A DNA stretch of 64,000 nucleotides from the human T2T-CHM13v2.0 reference genome, Homo sapiens. Below the pieces are notes generated by a model that saw only the letters and a list, made by a program, of their open reading frames with translations, did no database searches and was not told the DNA's origin. How positions within the stretch are numbered: position 1 is the first letter of the stretch; each line of letters starts with the position of its first letter. Positions 17,670-33,810 of this stretch are shown here, in pieces. The position numbers were made by a program, and so were the translations under genes. The DNA lies in assembly GCF_009914755.1 (NCBI RefSeq), contig NC_060948.1, one strand, 5' to 3'.

Positions 17670-17787
17670 CATGGGTCCTGAAACAAATTCCTCCTATTGT
17701 TTAGTTTGGAATAACTGGCTGCTGCTCCCATCAGTGTCACCACCACCATGGATATGATGGAAGACACAATTTTTGCTACCATATTGC
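17670..17787 (-). pseudogene. XGY1: XG transmembrane exon-like (118 nt, +1 insertion after the TM segment)
   Basis: Translates GNMVAKIVSSIISMVVVTLMGAAASYSKLNNRRN, then AATTTGTTTCAGG (extra T versus N-C-F-R); cag acceptor and gtaac donor. Confidence 0.93.
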
Positions 17788-17855
17788 CTGCAGGAGTGGA
17801 GAAAAAGCAAGCTCATCTGAGAAAAAAATATGGCTGCAGGAAAACTGCTTAAATA

Positions 17856-17935
17856 TTAGATTGGTCCAAAAGTTATTACGGTTTTTGCCATTGAAAGTAA
17901 TGACAAAAACTGCAATAACTTTTGCACCAATCTAA
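17856..17935. mobile_element. MADE1 (Hsmar1 MITE), 80-bp palindrome
   Basis: ttagattggtccaaaagttattacggtttttgcca...tgacaaaaactgcaataacttttgcaccaatctaa, flanked by TA. Confidence 0.9.
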
Positions 17936-18151
17936 TAACATCTCCATCACATCCCTTCCCACCCTTGTACCCACAGAAAAAAAAAAAGAGAAAGTTAATT
18001 TAAAAAAAAAAAAACCTTAGGAAGTAATTCTGTTTTCACAAAGAGCCAAGCTTGTCAACCACATCTTATCACTGAAGACATCCAAGGCCAGGATTTGCAC
18101 AGACGAGGCACTTGGTATTTTTGTTTGTTGAATTCAATTCATGTATGCCTT

Positions 18152-18592
18152 TTAATTAATTTTATTTATTTATTTATTTATTTATTTATTATTTTCTGAG
18201 AAGGAATCTTGCTCTGTCGCCCAGTCTGGCATACAGTGGCGTGATCTCGGCTCACTGCAATCTCTACTTCCCATGTTCAAGTGATTCTCCTGCCTCAACC
18301 TTTCAAGTAGCTGGGACTACAGGTGTATGCCATCACGTCCAGCTAATTTTTGTATTTTTAGTAGATGCAGGGTTTCACCATGTTGGCCAGGCCGGTCTCG
18401 AACTCCTGACTTCAGGTGATCCACTCACCTGGGTCTCCCAAAGTGCTGGGACTACAGGCACAAGCCACCACGCCTGGCCTGATTTATTTTTTTAGAGATG
18501 GGGTCTCACTATGCCGCCTAAGCTGGTCCTGAACTCCTGGGCTCAAGTGATCTTCCTGCCTCAGCCTCCTGAGTAGTTGGGATGACAGGCAC
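18152..18592 (-). mobile_element. Alu plus adjacent Alu monomer
   Basis: Alu consensus motifs. Confidence 0.88.
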
Positions 18593-19029
18593 ATGTCAAA
18601 ACTATTTTGTGCCTTTTTAGATGTAGAATGCCCACTCATGCAAAAATATTGTTCCACTAAAAACTGCCAGATAGGCTTGCTTTCAAAGGCATGCTGGAAC
18701 TCTAGACCCAAGCACACACTAGACACAAGCATCCTCAATGCCTCGATGGCAAATTGCTCCAGAGCTTTGGCACTCCTGCACAAAGAACAAGAAGGAGCTT
18801 GATGTGACAAAAATCAACACTTCCAAAGGGAAAAAAGGAAGAAATCACTGTTTCCATTTGAAATAGCCACCCTTTCCATGCATGGCTTTCTTCAGACAGG
18901 GTTGAACACATGGGCCAATACATGGCATGGCATAGGTGAGGGACACAAGACTGCTCCAAGAATGAGGCTGCCATGTTGGGGGGAAGAGTGTTGTCACTGA
19001 ATGCAAGAACCTGCTCTATGGCTGATGCT

Positions 19030-20260
19030 GCCACCTGCCACACCCTGCCTCCTGGGAGAGACAGCCTTCTATTCTTCCCCTCCCTACATGCACACAATCC
19101 ATAGTATGATTTCACAGTGTTCCCCGTCCAGAGGTGGAGCTGCATCTTCATTCTGAGAATCCAGGCTTTAGCCAACAGAATGTCACACAAGTGAAGACAT
19201 GTGGCTCTAAGCCCAGGCACGCTTCTCTTCATGCTCTTGGTACCCTACCTGGTCTGTGGTGTGTGATGAAGCCTGGCCTGGCTTCCTGGAGGGATGTGAG
19301 AGTCCACATGAAGCTGAGATGAACCATTCCACCTAAGGCCCCAAATACATAAGAAGACCCAGGAAACATGGTCAAAGCGCTGGCCACACCTACAGCTGAC
19401 TGCACACAAGACAAGTAGTTCAGAAGAGACCAGGAGGACCACTAGAATGGTTTCAGCCCAAATTGCTGACTCACATAATCATGAACATAGTAAATGGTGG
19501 TTATTTCCAGCCACTAAGTTTTGGGGTCTTTTGTGACACAGCATAGCTGACTGATACATACCTTTTCCTCTCTCCCATCTCTTACAAATCAGTCAAGTAC
19601 AATCAATTGTCATTACCAAGTGGTCATCCAAGCTGACTGCTTCTCTTTGCCTCCCTTGCCCAGGCTTTAATTCAGCCTGTCATCATTTCCAGAGGGTACT
19701 AAACTGGTCTGAAATGGAGTCTCCCTGGGCCTTAGTGAGTCCCCTCAGGTCCATTCTTCACCTACACATCCAACAGGGGCAGGCTGTTCCCCATGAAGGT
19801 TCTAAGAAATGCAGACTTCACCTCTGCTAACCTGGTGGTCTTTCTTTGTCACCATTGCATCCTTCCCTGGTTCCCGTTGCATTCCACACTTTGGCTACAC
19901 AATCTCTAGTGTCCCCATATGTGTATCCAGCTCTACCTAGCACACTATCTTCCCTGACATCTCGCTCTTCTCCTGGGCACTTCCCACCCATATTTTGGGG
20001 ATTGGTTTGGATATTGTTCTCTCCAGGAAGCCCTACCTCCCTCACCTAACCCAGTCTAGGAGTATCCCTTCTGCCTTGCTACAGGATCCCATACGTTCCA
20101 GCAAATTATTCATCAGATTTGACTGCAATTACTTGTTTATTTGCCTTGCCCTTTCCATCTCTGGACCTCACTTTACACCACAGTGGGAAAAAGGTGAATC
20201 CATAAATTTGTTTAAGGATGCCAACATATCCCAAAAATATTGATACTAGTACTCTGCATG
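19030..20260. mobile_element. Old MLT1-type LTR (~19030-19560) followed by an L2-like fragment
   Basis: cagccactaagttttggggt..tttgt.acacagcatagctgactgataca LTR end; diverged L2-like pyrimidine-rich sequence. Confidence 0.6.
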
Positions 20261-20889
20261 TTCATTGAAAGGTAGAGGTCACGTTCAATCACTTTCTCCT
20301 CCCCCATAATTGAAAACTCACAAGAGCCTTGGGGTTGAGTGCATTTACTCTCAACTTAAACTCAAGCAGGTGTCAGCCCAAATCTCTAAGAATATGACTC
20401 TTAGGGAATGGGGAACCTGTTCTCCCAGCAATACAGGACATAAAATCAGCCTTCTGGGCTTCAAGTTCTCCCTCCTTTGACCTGAGACGGGATTGACAGT
20501 GCATTCTGACGGCTTCTTTGGGCAGAGTGTTCATAACTTCCTTTCTCCTGTCCTTGGGTTTCAAGTTAGTGCTGGTCAAAGAAAGGGGAGTAATGGTGGT
20601 ACTGGGAGAAATGTAAGTCTCAGCACTCATTCACAGCCTTGCTTTGAGAGCTAAGGGGCATCTTCTGCAGTGAAAACCAATGCTTGCCTCTCCTTTCTCT
20701 GAACTCTGATTGGTCCTGTTCTGAAGGTCAGATATTTTTATTCAGAAGCTACTTTATATACATACAAAGTATGAGTGCTCCATGAAAGTCATGAGGTTGG
20801 GAAACAGAAGCCCACACAGCTCCTCCCAGTGCTGATTTAGGAGAGTGTGCTCTTATTAAAGGTTGGGACCAGGTGAGTCAATCAGTTAC

Positions 20890-20925
20890 CTTCTGGATTG
20901 CCATAGGTTGAATGGTGATCTCCAC
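20890..20925 (-). pseudogene. XGY1: XG exon 8-like (36 nt, GGDHHSTYGNPE)
   Basis: ttacag|GTGGAGATCACCATTCAACCTATGGCAATCCAGAAG|gtaact; intact. Confidence 0.93.
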
Positions 20926-21194
20926 CTGTAAGCAGAAAAGGATGCTCGTGTTTATTCAGCAGAGCTTATGGAGGGCTTTATATTGCCGGGCACTGTTGAG
21001 GATGCAACTATGAACACAGCACACAGATCTCTGTTTTCAGGGAATTTACATTCTTGTGGGGGGAGGGGGACAGCCAAGCAGCATAAGGAGGAGGAATGTG
21101 AATGTGTATGCCATGTCTAATGGTCATTAGCGGAATGGGGATAATACCAGGGAGAGGCAGATTCAGCTTTAATTTCAGGATTGGAGAGTCTACA

Positions 21195-22143
21195 TACATG
21201 CGCATGCAAAACACACACAGGCTGACAACCCCATGGACACACATGTACACACATACACGCCATTCATACACACTCACATGCAACACACACTGACATGCAC
21301 AAATGTGTGTGCACGTGCATACACACATGCAGCATGCAACAAACGTGCAACACACAGGCAGACAAGCACACATACACATATGCACACACACATGCATTTA
21401 CACACATGTGCAACATGTAAATACAAATGCAACACAGAAGCACACATGCCCTCAATGTGCACATCCACACACATGCACATCCCACATATCCCCACATACA
21501 CACACATGCACATACCACACACACAGGCAACAAAAGCACATATAAAGCACAATTCGCCTAAACAAACACATGTACACATGTGTGCATATGCACACACTGA
21601 TGTGTGCACATGTTAACACCTGTATGCATAAACACATGCATGTACACACAAATATGCACACACACATAAACACATTCATGTGTTTATGTGTGTGCCTGTA
21701 CACATGCATGTGTACACACAATCCACATGCACAGATGCACATGATATATTCATGCAGTATGCACATACCACACGAGCACACCCAGATGCACACTCCTGCA
21801 TCTATCCACATGCACACATGTGCTTGCACACCCCTAAATGTATGCATGTGAATGGACACACACGGGAAACATGCAATGCATATGCAACCCAAGCACAAAC
21901 ATGCACACATGCAAAATCCACAAGCACATGCCAACACATCTGTGCACATACACAAACATGCATCGCTCAATCCACATGTGTGCACACAGACACTTGCACA
22001 CGTGCATATGAAATCCACATGCACTTATGCACATGATTACAAAATCCACATGCACATGTACACATGCATGCACACACAATACACACAAGCATACCTGTGT
22101 GTGAACACATATGCATACACACACACGTGCACACACATGCACC
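21195..22143. repeat. Degenerate (CA/TG)-alternating low-complexity tract
   Basis: cacacatgcacac repeats. Confidence 0.92.
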
Positions 22144-22379
22144 CAGTAAAACCTGTAAGTGGGCCATAGTTCCTTTCAAGAAATTAAGTCCTCAGGGCAT
22201 GCACAACATCTTCCCCCAGCATGGATGACCAAGGAAAATGCAAATTAAAGACCGGAACGGCCAGTTAGTGGTTGTGCATTGGATAAAAGCATGAGCTTCA
22301 CATCAGTGCAGACAGTGTGTTAGTTATTTGCAAATGGACAGTTTTGCCTCACATATTCTGTAAGACATAATTCTTTTTC

Positions 22380-22424
22380 CGTAAGTATTTCCATAACAAG
22401 AGTTGGGTCTATAGCCCCCTCTTC
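22380..22424 (-). pseudogene. XGY1: XG 45-nt alternative exon-like (GRGGYRPNSCYGNTY), donor destroyed
   Basis: cctgcag|GAAGAGGGGGCTATAGACCCAACTCTTGTTATGGAAATACTTACG|gaaaaa; GA stands in place of GT. Confidence 0.85.
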
Positions 22425-22790
22425 CTGCAGGATAGAAAAGAGACCATGAAATGCTAGCTATTGCTCAGGAAGTCTACGTGATCTTACAGAAACAAGCAGG
22501 TCAGCAAACCTGAAGCAAGATGCTCTTAAAGGCTGCAGAGATTCCAATGGCTCTCCCAAGGCTAGGGAAGGTGCACAGGTGCCATCTGGCCCTTGTTTAC
22601 TGTTTACACTGGTGGCTGAAGGTGCATTAGATGTGCATCCCTGAGGGTCTGGAGGCCTGACATAGATGGCCAAATGCGTTTTATTTGGCATAAAACAAAT
22701 GCCCACAAATGTTGGTTAAAAAAAAGAGAATAGGATGAAAACGCAGGCCATAAGTAGGAATCATAACCCATTAAAAAAAAGAGTTCCTCC

Positions 22791-23094
22791 AGGTTGGGTG
22801 TGGTGGCTCACACCTGTAATCCTACCACTTTGGGAGGCCAAGGCAGTAAGACCACTTGAGCTCAGTTGGAGCCCAGCCGGAGAAACATAGCAAGACCCCA
22901 TTTCTACTAAAAATAAAATTTTTAAAAAATTAGCTGTGTGTGGTGATGTGCACCTGTAGTCTCAGCTACTTGGGAGACTGAGGCAAAAGATTGCTTGAAC
23001 CCAGGAGGTGGAGGCTGTGATCTATGATCACATCCCTGCACTCCAGGCTGGGCTACAGAGTGAGATTTTGTCTCAGAAAAACAACAACAAAAAA
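22791..23094 (+). mobile_element. AluJ-like element
   Basis: Alu dimer with caa/A tail. Confidence 0.88.
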
Positions 23095-23211
23095 GTTTTT
23101 CTATATTTTTCTAATGTGTTAAGAGCAATTTTTAAAAATACAGATTTGAGATTTTTAAAACTAATGCTTTGTGCTGATTTTGAAGTGGAACAACTTATGT
23201 GGATAGTGGGT

Positions 23212-24064
23212 TCTATGGGCTGAACTATATCCCCCTCCAAATTCACAGGTCGCAGTCCTAACCCCCAGGGCATCAGACTGTGGCTGTATTTGAACACAAC
23301 GTCTTTAGACAGCTGATTAAAATAAAACGAGATCACTAGGGTTGGCCCTAATCCAATAGGACTACAGACCTTATAAGAAGAGGAGATGAGGACACAGACA
23401 CACACAGAGGGATGACCCTGTGAGGACACAGGGAGAAGATGGTGTCTACAAGCCAAGGAGGGAGGCCTCAGGAGGAACCAGCCCTGCTCACACCTTTATC
23501 TTGGACCTCCAGCCTCTAGGACTGTGAGAGAACCAATGTCTGTTGTGTGTAAGCCACCCCGTCTATAGTATTCTGTGATAGCAGCCTGAAATGGACTAAG
23601 ACATCTCATAAGAAGAGGAGATTGGAACACAGACACACACAGAGGGACGACCCTGTGAGGACACAGGGAGAAGATGGTGTCTCCAAACCAAAGAGAGAGG
23701 CCTCAGGAGGAACCAGCCCTGCCCACACCTTGATCTTGGACCTCCAGCCTCTAGGGCTGTGGGAGAATCAATGTCTGTTGTCTATAAGCCACCAGTCTAT
23801 AGTATTCTGTGATAGCAGCCTGAAATGGACTGAGACATCTCATAAGAACAGGAGGTTTTAACACAGACACCCACAGAGGGACGACCCTGTGAGGACACAG
23901 GGAGATGATGATGTCGACGAGCCCAGGAGAGTGGCTTCAGGAGGAACCAGCCCTGCTCACATCTTGATCTCAGATTTCCAGTCTCCAGGACTGTGGGAGA
24001 AGAAAACCCTTTTGCTTCAGCCCTCCTGACTCTAGTAATTTACAATGGCAGCCTTAGCAGACAA
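23212..24064 (+). repeat. MLT1 LTR with an internal ~225-250-bp unit tandemly triplicated; inverted relative at 39680-40170
   Basis: cacagacacacacagaggga.gaccctgtgaggacacagggaga...ggaggaaccagccctgc occurs three times. Confidence 0.85.
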
Positions 24065-24940
24065 GAGAAACTTGTCCACCAGTATTTAAAAACGACGAGC
24101 GCAACATTTTCTCCCCAGTCTCCGCAGGGAGGCCAGACTTTGGGCTTCCCTCCGCGGCCAGCCAAGGTCAGCCCTCACCCCTCAGTGCTCTGCATGAAGC
24201 CAGAACAAGCCTAACACTCTCTGCCTCCTTTGGGGATTCGGGGAGAAGCCGCGTGACTCATCCCATGGCGGCGGCTTGCATCCCAGCCGGCACCTCCATG
24301 CTGATGCTAATCTGAGCGCTGACTCACAGCCTCGCTCTGCCGGGGCTGGAGAGCAGGGGTCCAGGCAGGAAGGGGAGCACAGGCATCCTCAAAAACAAGC
24401 GTCATGCTCCCAAAACTGGGCTGTGCCTCATGCACGCCTGATGCTCTTGGCCCAGCTGCTGCTTCCACCGGGCCCTGGCCCTGCCAAGGACCACAGGGCT
24501 ATCTGCTATATTCCGGCAGTTTTGCCCCAGGGATACAGCAGCACCCTGACCAGTAAGCTTTGATCCATTCGGGAGCCAGATAATGGTCCCCCAAAAATGG
24601 CACAGCGCAGACCTCCCGAGACTAACTTCACAGGAAAACAGGAAACGATCAGGGCTCTCAGGGGAGCCGCTTGCTGAATCATTTCTTTCTAACTGATGAG
24701 TATGCCAGAGAACAAAAGAACATGTCCTGAATAGCTCCTTACAGAGAGAAGTTTCAGAGAATCGTGCATGAGGTGAAAAGGCTCATTCGTAGGCTGTAGG
24801 GGTGTGGGGACGGCTCGCTTTATATAACACGCTCCAAGGTGGGCCGGATGTGGTGGTGCAGGCCTGTAATCCCAGCACTTATGGAGGCCAAGGTAGGAGG
24901 ATCGCTTGAGCCCAGTTCAAGACCAGCCTGGGCAATGTGG

Positions 24941-25990
<1,050 letters not shown>

Positions 25991-26272
25991 AAAGTGAGAT
26001 CCTATCTCTACAAAAATTTTTTTTTTAATTTAGCTGGGTATGATGGTGTGTGCCTGTAGCCCCAGCTCCTCAGGAGGCTGAGGTGGGAGGATCACTTGAG
26101 CCCAGGAGTTTGAGGCTGCAGTGAGCTATGATTGCACCACTGCACTCCAGCCTGGGCAACAGAGTAAGACTCTGTCTCTAAATAAATAAGTAATAGAATA
26201 ATAAAAAACTACTCCCAGTGGCTTTCTGTAAAAACATTTAATTTGGTCTTTGCCTGACATTTTCAGTTAAAT

Positions 26273-27936
<1,664 letters not shown>

Positions 27937-28146
27937 GAAAGATGGTGGAAGGAACCCATAATATGTGGAGTTGAAGGTGGTCAATTCTTTTTTTGTGTTC
28001 TTTTTTTGTTTTGAGACATTCCATGGCCCAGGCTGGAAGGCAGTGGTGCTATCATGGCTCACTGCAGCCTCAAACTTCCAGGGTCACTTCAAACTCCTGA
28101 CTAGCTGGGACCACAGGTACACACTTCCATGCCCAGCTAATTTTTG

Positions 28147-28179
<33 letters not shown>

Positions 28180-28504
28180 GTAGAGGCAGGGTTTCACTAT
28201 TTTGCCCAGGCTGATCTTGAACTCCTGAACTCAAGCGGTCCACCTACCTTGGCGTGGGATTACAGGCGTGGGCCACCATGCCCGGCCAAAAGTGGACAGT
28301 TCTTGACCTCAGGTAATAAGCACCTTGTCATGAGCCCCCTCCCACCCTGAAGCTTGTCTGTGTCATAGGAAGTGAGTTCTGAGGATGGGCTACATATAGG
28401 GCCACAGCTATTGCTCCTTTGAAGTGGACGGTTGAGTGTCGTGCATTGTTTTCATTTTGTTAAATGGATCTGATGACAATACTCGCTTCAGAGTGTAATG
28501 AAGA

Positions 28505-30112
28505 TGACGGACATCAAAAAATTTTACTCCAAAATATATTGCTTTGCCTTATTTTGAAATTGCCGCTCCAGGACCAGCAGACTGAGGTGGGGAAATTGGC
28601 ATCTGTAGAGGATCTTTGCTGTTGCAGCCAGGCCTTCCCTTTCTAAGCTTTTCCTGGATGTAGGAGAGAGAAACGGAGACTCTGACACCTTTACAGGTCT
28701 AAAAAGAAACATTTACCATGGTCGTCTCTAATGGCTGCTACCTGGGAACCTTCATCTGCATAACAAGGACCCCCTTGCTAAGCAGGCCTCTTCCTGTCTC
28801 CCTCTCATCACCTGGCTTGCCACCCATTAAACCTGCTTTACCAACATCACCTATTTGGGGCCATGCTCTGAGCCCACATTCTTCCTGCAAAGAACAGCAA
28901 ATAGCAAATTCAAATAGCAAAGTCATGGTATCAACCTAGGTTCCCATCAATGGTAGACTGGACAAGGAAAATGTGGCCCATATACATTGTGGAATATTAC
29001 ACATCCATAAAAAAGAACAAGATCATGTCCTTTGCAGCAACATGGATAGAGCTGCTGGCCATTCTCCTAAGCAAACTAATGCGGGAACAGAAAACCAAAT
29101 ACCATGTGTTCTCATTTACAAGTGGGAGCTAAACACAGAGTACGCATTGTGAAAGGAAATTAAATTTTGTGATCCTGAACTCATTTAGTCAAAGGGAAAA
29201 GTCAAGCTGGGAAGTGGGTCACACAAACCTGCCTCCCCCTTTTGGTTCCTAAATAAAATGGCTACAAGATGAAAAGCTACATGTCTCCCCCATATTTTGC
29301 CCACAAGGAAAATCCTAATGAGCTGTTAAGATTTCACCATGACAATGTATATCGATAGCTTATCTTTACAGGTGCAGTAACCCCCACCCACCAGACACAA
29401 ATCATATGTGATTGCTCCCCTGCCCCATTTTGTCCAGATTATCTTATGCAGCATGCAGATTCCCTGCATTTTCCCTCTACCCCATTTGTCTATGTCATCT
29501 TATGTAAAAAACACAGATTCACTGAGCCAGACAAAAGCATGAATAACTATTTTCCCTACCCACCTCTTCCATGAAAATTATGTACTTCTTAATTTCCCGC
29601 CCTTTCCCCTTTAAATTTGCAGCCTTCAAAATCGTCTTCGGAGAAGGCCACAGACCTGTCTCCTGGGTGCATGTCCTTAACCTTAACTTTGGCAAATAAA
29701 TCTTTTACACTCGTCTCATCATTTTTCTTGATTGACAACATAGACACAAAGAAGGGAACACCAGACACCAGGGCCTACTTGAAGGCAGAGGGTGGGAGGA
29801 GAGTGGGGATGGGAAAACTACCTATCAGGTACTATGCTTATTACCTGGGTGATGACATAATCTGTACACCAATCCCCTGTGACAAACAATTTACCTATAT
29901 AACAATGCTACACAAGGACCCCTGAACCTAACATCAAAGTTAAAAAAGATGGTCTATAAGCTTTTGCATCCCATTGGTGATTGAGTCTTGGTTCTGAAGG
30001 TTTGCATGTATATCCACTCAATAAATTTATACGTTTTTTTCTCCTGTTAATTAAGCTGCCTCATTTCAGTGATTCAGAGAAAACTTAGGGGGCCAAGAGC
30101 CTTGGCTCTCAC
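28505..30112 (+). mobile_element. Nested set: old MER34-like LTR > L1 3' end (28910-29948) > MER4-type LTR (29148-29737)
   Basis: The L1 3'UTR resumes exactly after a TG...CA LTR with near-TSD gcat/acat; the outer LTR's tata/aataaa part follows at 29950-30112. Confidence 0.7.
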
Positions 30113-30133
30113 AAAGCCTAATCAGACTATATC

Positions 30134-30164
<31 letters not shown>

Positions 30165-30205
30165 TACTTCCCACATTACCAGAGCTCTTGGCACGTATTA
30201 GTTTT

Positions 30206-32133
30206 TGTTTGTTTGTTTGTTTTAGTATTTATTGATCATTCTTGGGTGTTTCTCAGAGAGGGGAATGTGACAGGGTCATAGGATAATAGTGGAGGGAAGG
30301 TCAGCAGACAAACATGTGAACAAGGGTCTCTGGTTTTCCTAGGCAGAGGACCCTGCGGCCTTCCGCAGTATTTGTGTCCCTGGGTACTTGAGATTAGGGA
30401 GTGGTGATGACTCTTCACGAGCATGCTGCCTTCAAGCATCTGTTTAACAAAGGACATCTTGCACCACCCTTAATCCATTTAACCCTGAGTGGACACAGCA
30501 CATGTTTCAGAGAGCACAGGGTTGGGGGTAAGGTTATAGATTAACAGCATCCCAAGGCAGAAGAATTTTTCTTAGTACAGAACAAAATGGAGTCTCTCAT
30601 GTCTACTTCTTTCTACACAGACACAGTAACAATCTGATTTCTCTTTCTTTTCCCCACATTTCCCCCTTTTCTTTTCGACAAAACCGCCACGTCATCATGG
30701 CCCATTCTCCCTGGTCGCTGTCTCTTCGGAGCTGTTGAGTACACCTCCCAGATGGGGCGGCCGGGCAGAGGCACTCCTCACTTCCCAGACGGGACGGCCG
30801 GGCAGAGGCGTTCCTCACTTCCCAGACAGGGCGGCCAGGCAGAGGTGCTCCTCACTTCCCAGATGATGGGCAGCAGGGCAGAGGCGCTCCCCACTTCCCA
30901 GATGGGGTGACGGCCGGGCAGAGGCGCTCCTCACCTCCCAGACAGGGCGGCCAGGCAGAGGTGCTCCTCACATCCCAGACGCGGTGGCGGCCGGGCAGAG
31001 GCGCTCCTCACTTCCCAGAAGGGGCGGCCAGGCAGAGGCGCTCCTCACATCCCAGACGCGGTGGCAGCCGGGCAGAGGTGCTCCTCACCTCCCAGACGGG
31101 GTGGCCGGGCGGAGGCGCTCCTCAAATCCCAGACGGGGTGGCTGGGCGGAGGGTCTCCTCACTTCCCAGATGACGTGGCGGCCAGGCAGAGGCACTCTTC
31201 ACCTCCCAGACGGGGCAGCCAGGCAGAGGCACTCCTCACTTCCCAGACAGGGCAGCCGGGCAGAGGCACTCCTCACTTCCCAGACGGGGTGGCGGCCGGG
31301 CAGAGGCACTCCTCACCTCCCAGACGCGGTGGTGGCTGGGCAGAGGTGCTCCTCACCTCCCAGATGGGGCGGCTGGGCAGAGGCGCTCCTCACATCCCAG
31401 ATGATGGGCAGCCAGGCAGAGGCGATCCTCACCTCCAAGACCGGGTGGCCAGGCAGAGGCGCTCCTCACCTCCCAGCCAGGGTGGCCGGGCAGAGGCTCT
31501 CCTCACTTCCCAGACGGGGTGGCCGGGCAGAGGCGCTCCTCACTTCCTAGATGGGGTGGCAGCCAGGCAGAGGTGCTCCTCACTTCCCAGATGGGGCGAC
31601 CGGGCAGAGGGGCTCCTCACATCCTGGACCATGGGCGGCCAGGCAGAAATGCTGCTCACTTCCTAGACGGGGTGGCGGGCGGGCAGGGGCTGTAATCTTA
31701 GCACTTTGGGAGGCCAAGGCAGGCGGCTGGGAGGTGGAGGTTGTAGTGAGCCGAGATCACGCCACTGCACTCCAGCCTGGGCAACACTGAGCACTGACTG
31801 AGCAAGACTCCGTCTGCAATCTCAGCACCTCGAGAGGCCGAGGCAGGCAGATCACCCAAGGCCAGGAGCTGGAGACCAGCCTGGTCAACATGGCGAAACC
31901 CCGTCTCCATCAAAAATACAAAAACCAGTCAGGAGTGGCGGCGCGTGCCTGGAATCCCAGGCACTGGGCAGGCCGAGGCAGGAGAATCACGGGAGCCCAA
32001 GGCAGGGAGGTTGCAGCGAGCTGAGATCATGGCAGTACAGTCCAGGCTGGGCAAGAGAGGGAGACCGTAGAAAGAAGAGGGAGAGGGAGACAGAAGGAGG
32101 GGGAGGGGGAGGGGAAGAGGGAGAGGGAGAGGG
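30206..32133 (-). mobile_element. Full-length SVA (probably an older SVA_A-like subfamily)
   Basis: Poly(A), SINE-R (30223-~30740), GC-rich VNTR (~30740-31690), Alu-like domain and (CCCTCT)n head; 15-bp TSD gcacgtattagtttt / gcatgtattagtttt. Confidence 0.95.
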
Positions 32134-32170
32134 GCATGTATTAGTTTTAACCAAAAAGATGGTTACTCAA

Positions 32171-33414
<1,244 letters not shown>

Positions 33415-33759
33415 ATTGAAAGTGTTTTCTATTCTGTTTGAAGTAAGTGAACTGCGCCCCTACTCTCTCTCTGTAATTAGTTGTATAGTTCTTTGCTCTG
33501 TTTACTTTTACCTAAAGGGGTGTGTGTGTGTGTGTGCGTGCATGTATGCGTGTGTGTATGTGTGGCTGCACCCACCCTCCTGGGGAACAGAAGCGGAACA
33601 GCCCAGCACAGACAGGTTCTCAGAAGACCAGACACCAGCACACAGCACCCTACTCACCAAAGACTCTAGGTAGAAGGCCCAGGGCAGAATGCAACTGGGA
33701 GCCCTAGAAAGATGACCCATCTGGCCCTCCGCCCACCGCGTGCCTAGATGTGGGGGCAC

Positions 33760-33810
33760 CGTGCGTGTTGCCGAACTTGTTATAACTGGAGTAGCCACCG
33801 CCACCACCTC
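33760..33810 (-). pseudogene. XGY1: XG exon 7-like (51 nt, GGGGGGYSSYNKFGNTH)
   Basis: ctaacag|GAGGTGGTGGCGGTGGCTACTCCAGTTATAACAAGTTCGGCAACACGCACG|gtgccc; the donor is weak. Confidence 0.92.

Noticed and set aside
21008-22179. Cys/His-rich overlapping ORFs resembling metal-binding proteins
   Set aside because: Artefact of the alternating CA/TG tract; open in all frames.
28495-28515. gatgacggac resembling XG exon 6 (DDGR)
   Set aside because: Wrong strand and position; it lies at an LTR edge.
30740-31790. Long GC-rich ORFs (188-201 aa) and a CRISPR-like periodic array
   Set aside because: This is the SVA VNTR: tandem units without unique spacers, no cas genes, and eukaryotic context.
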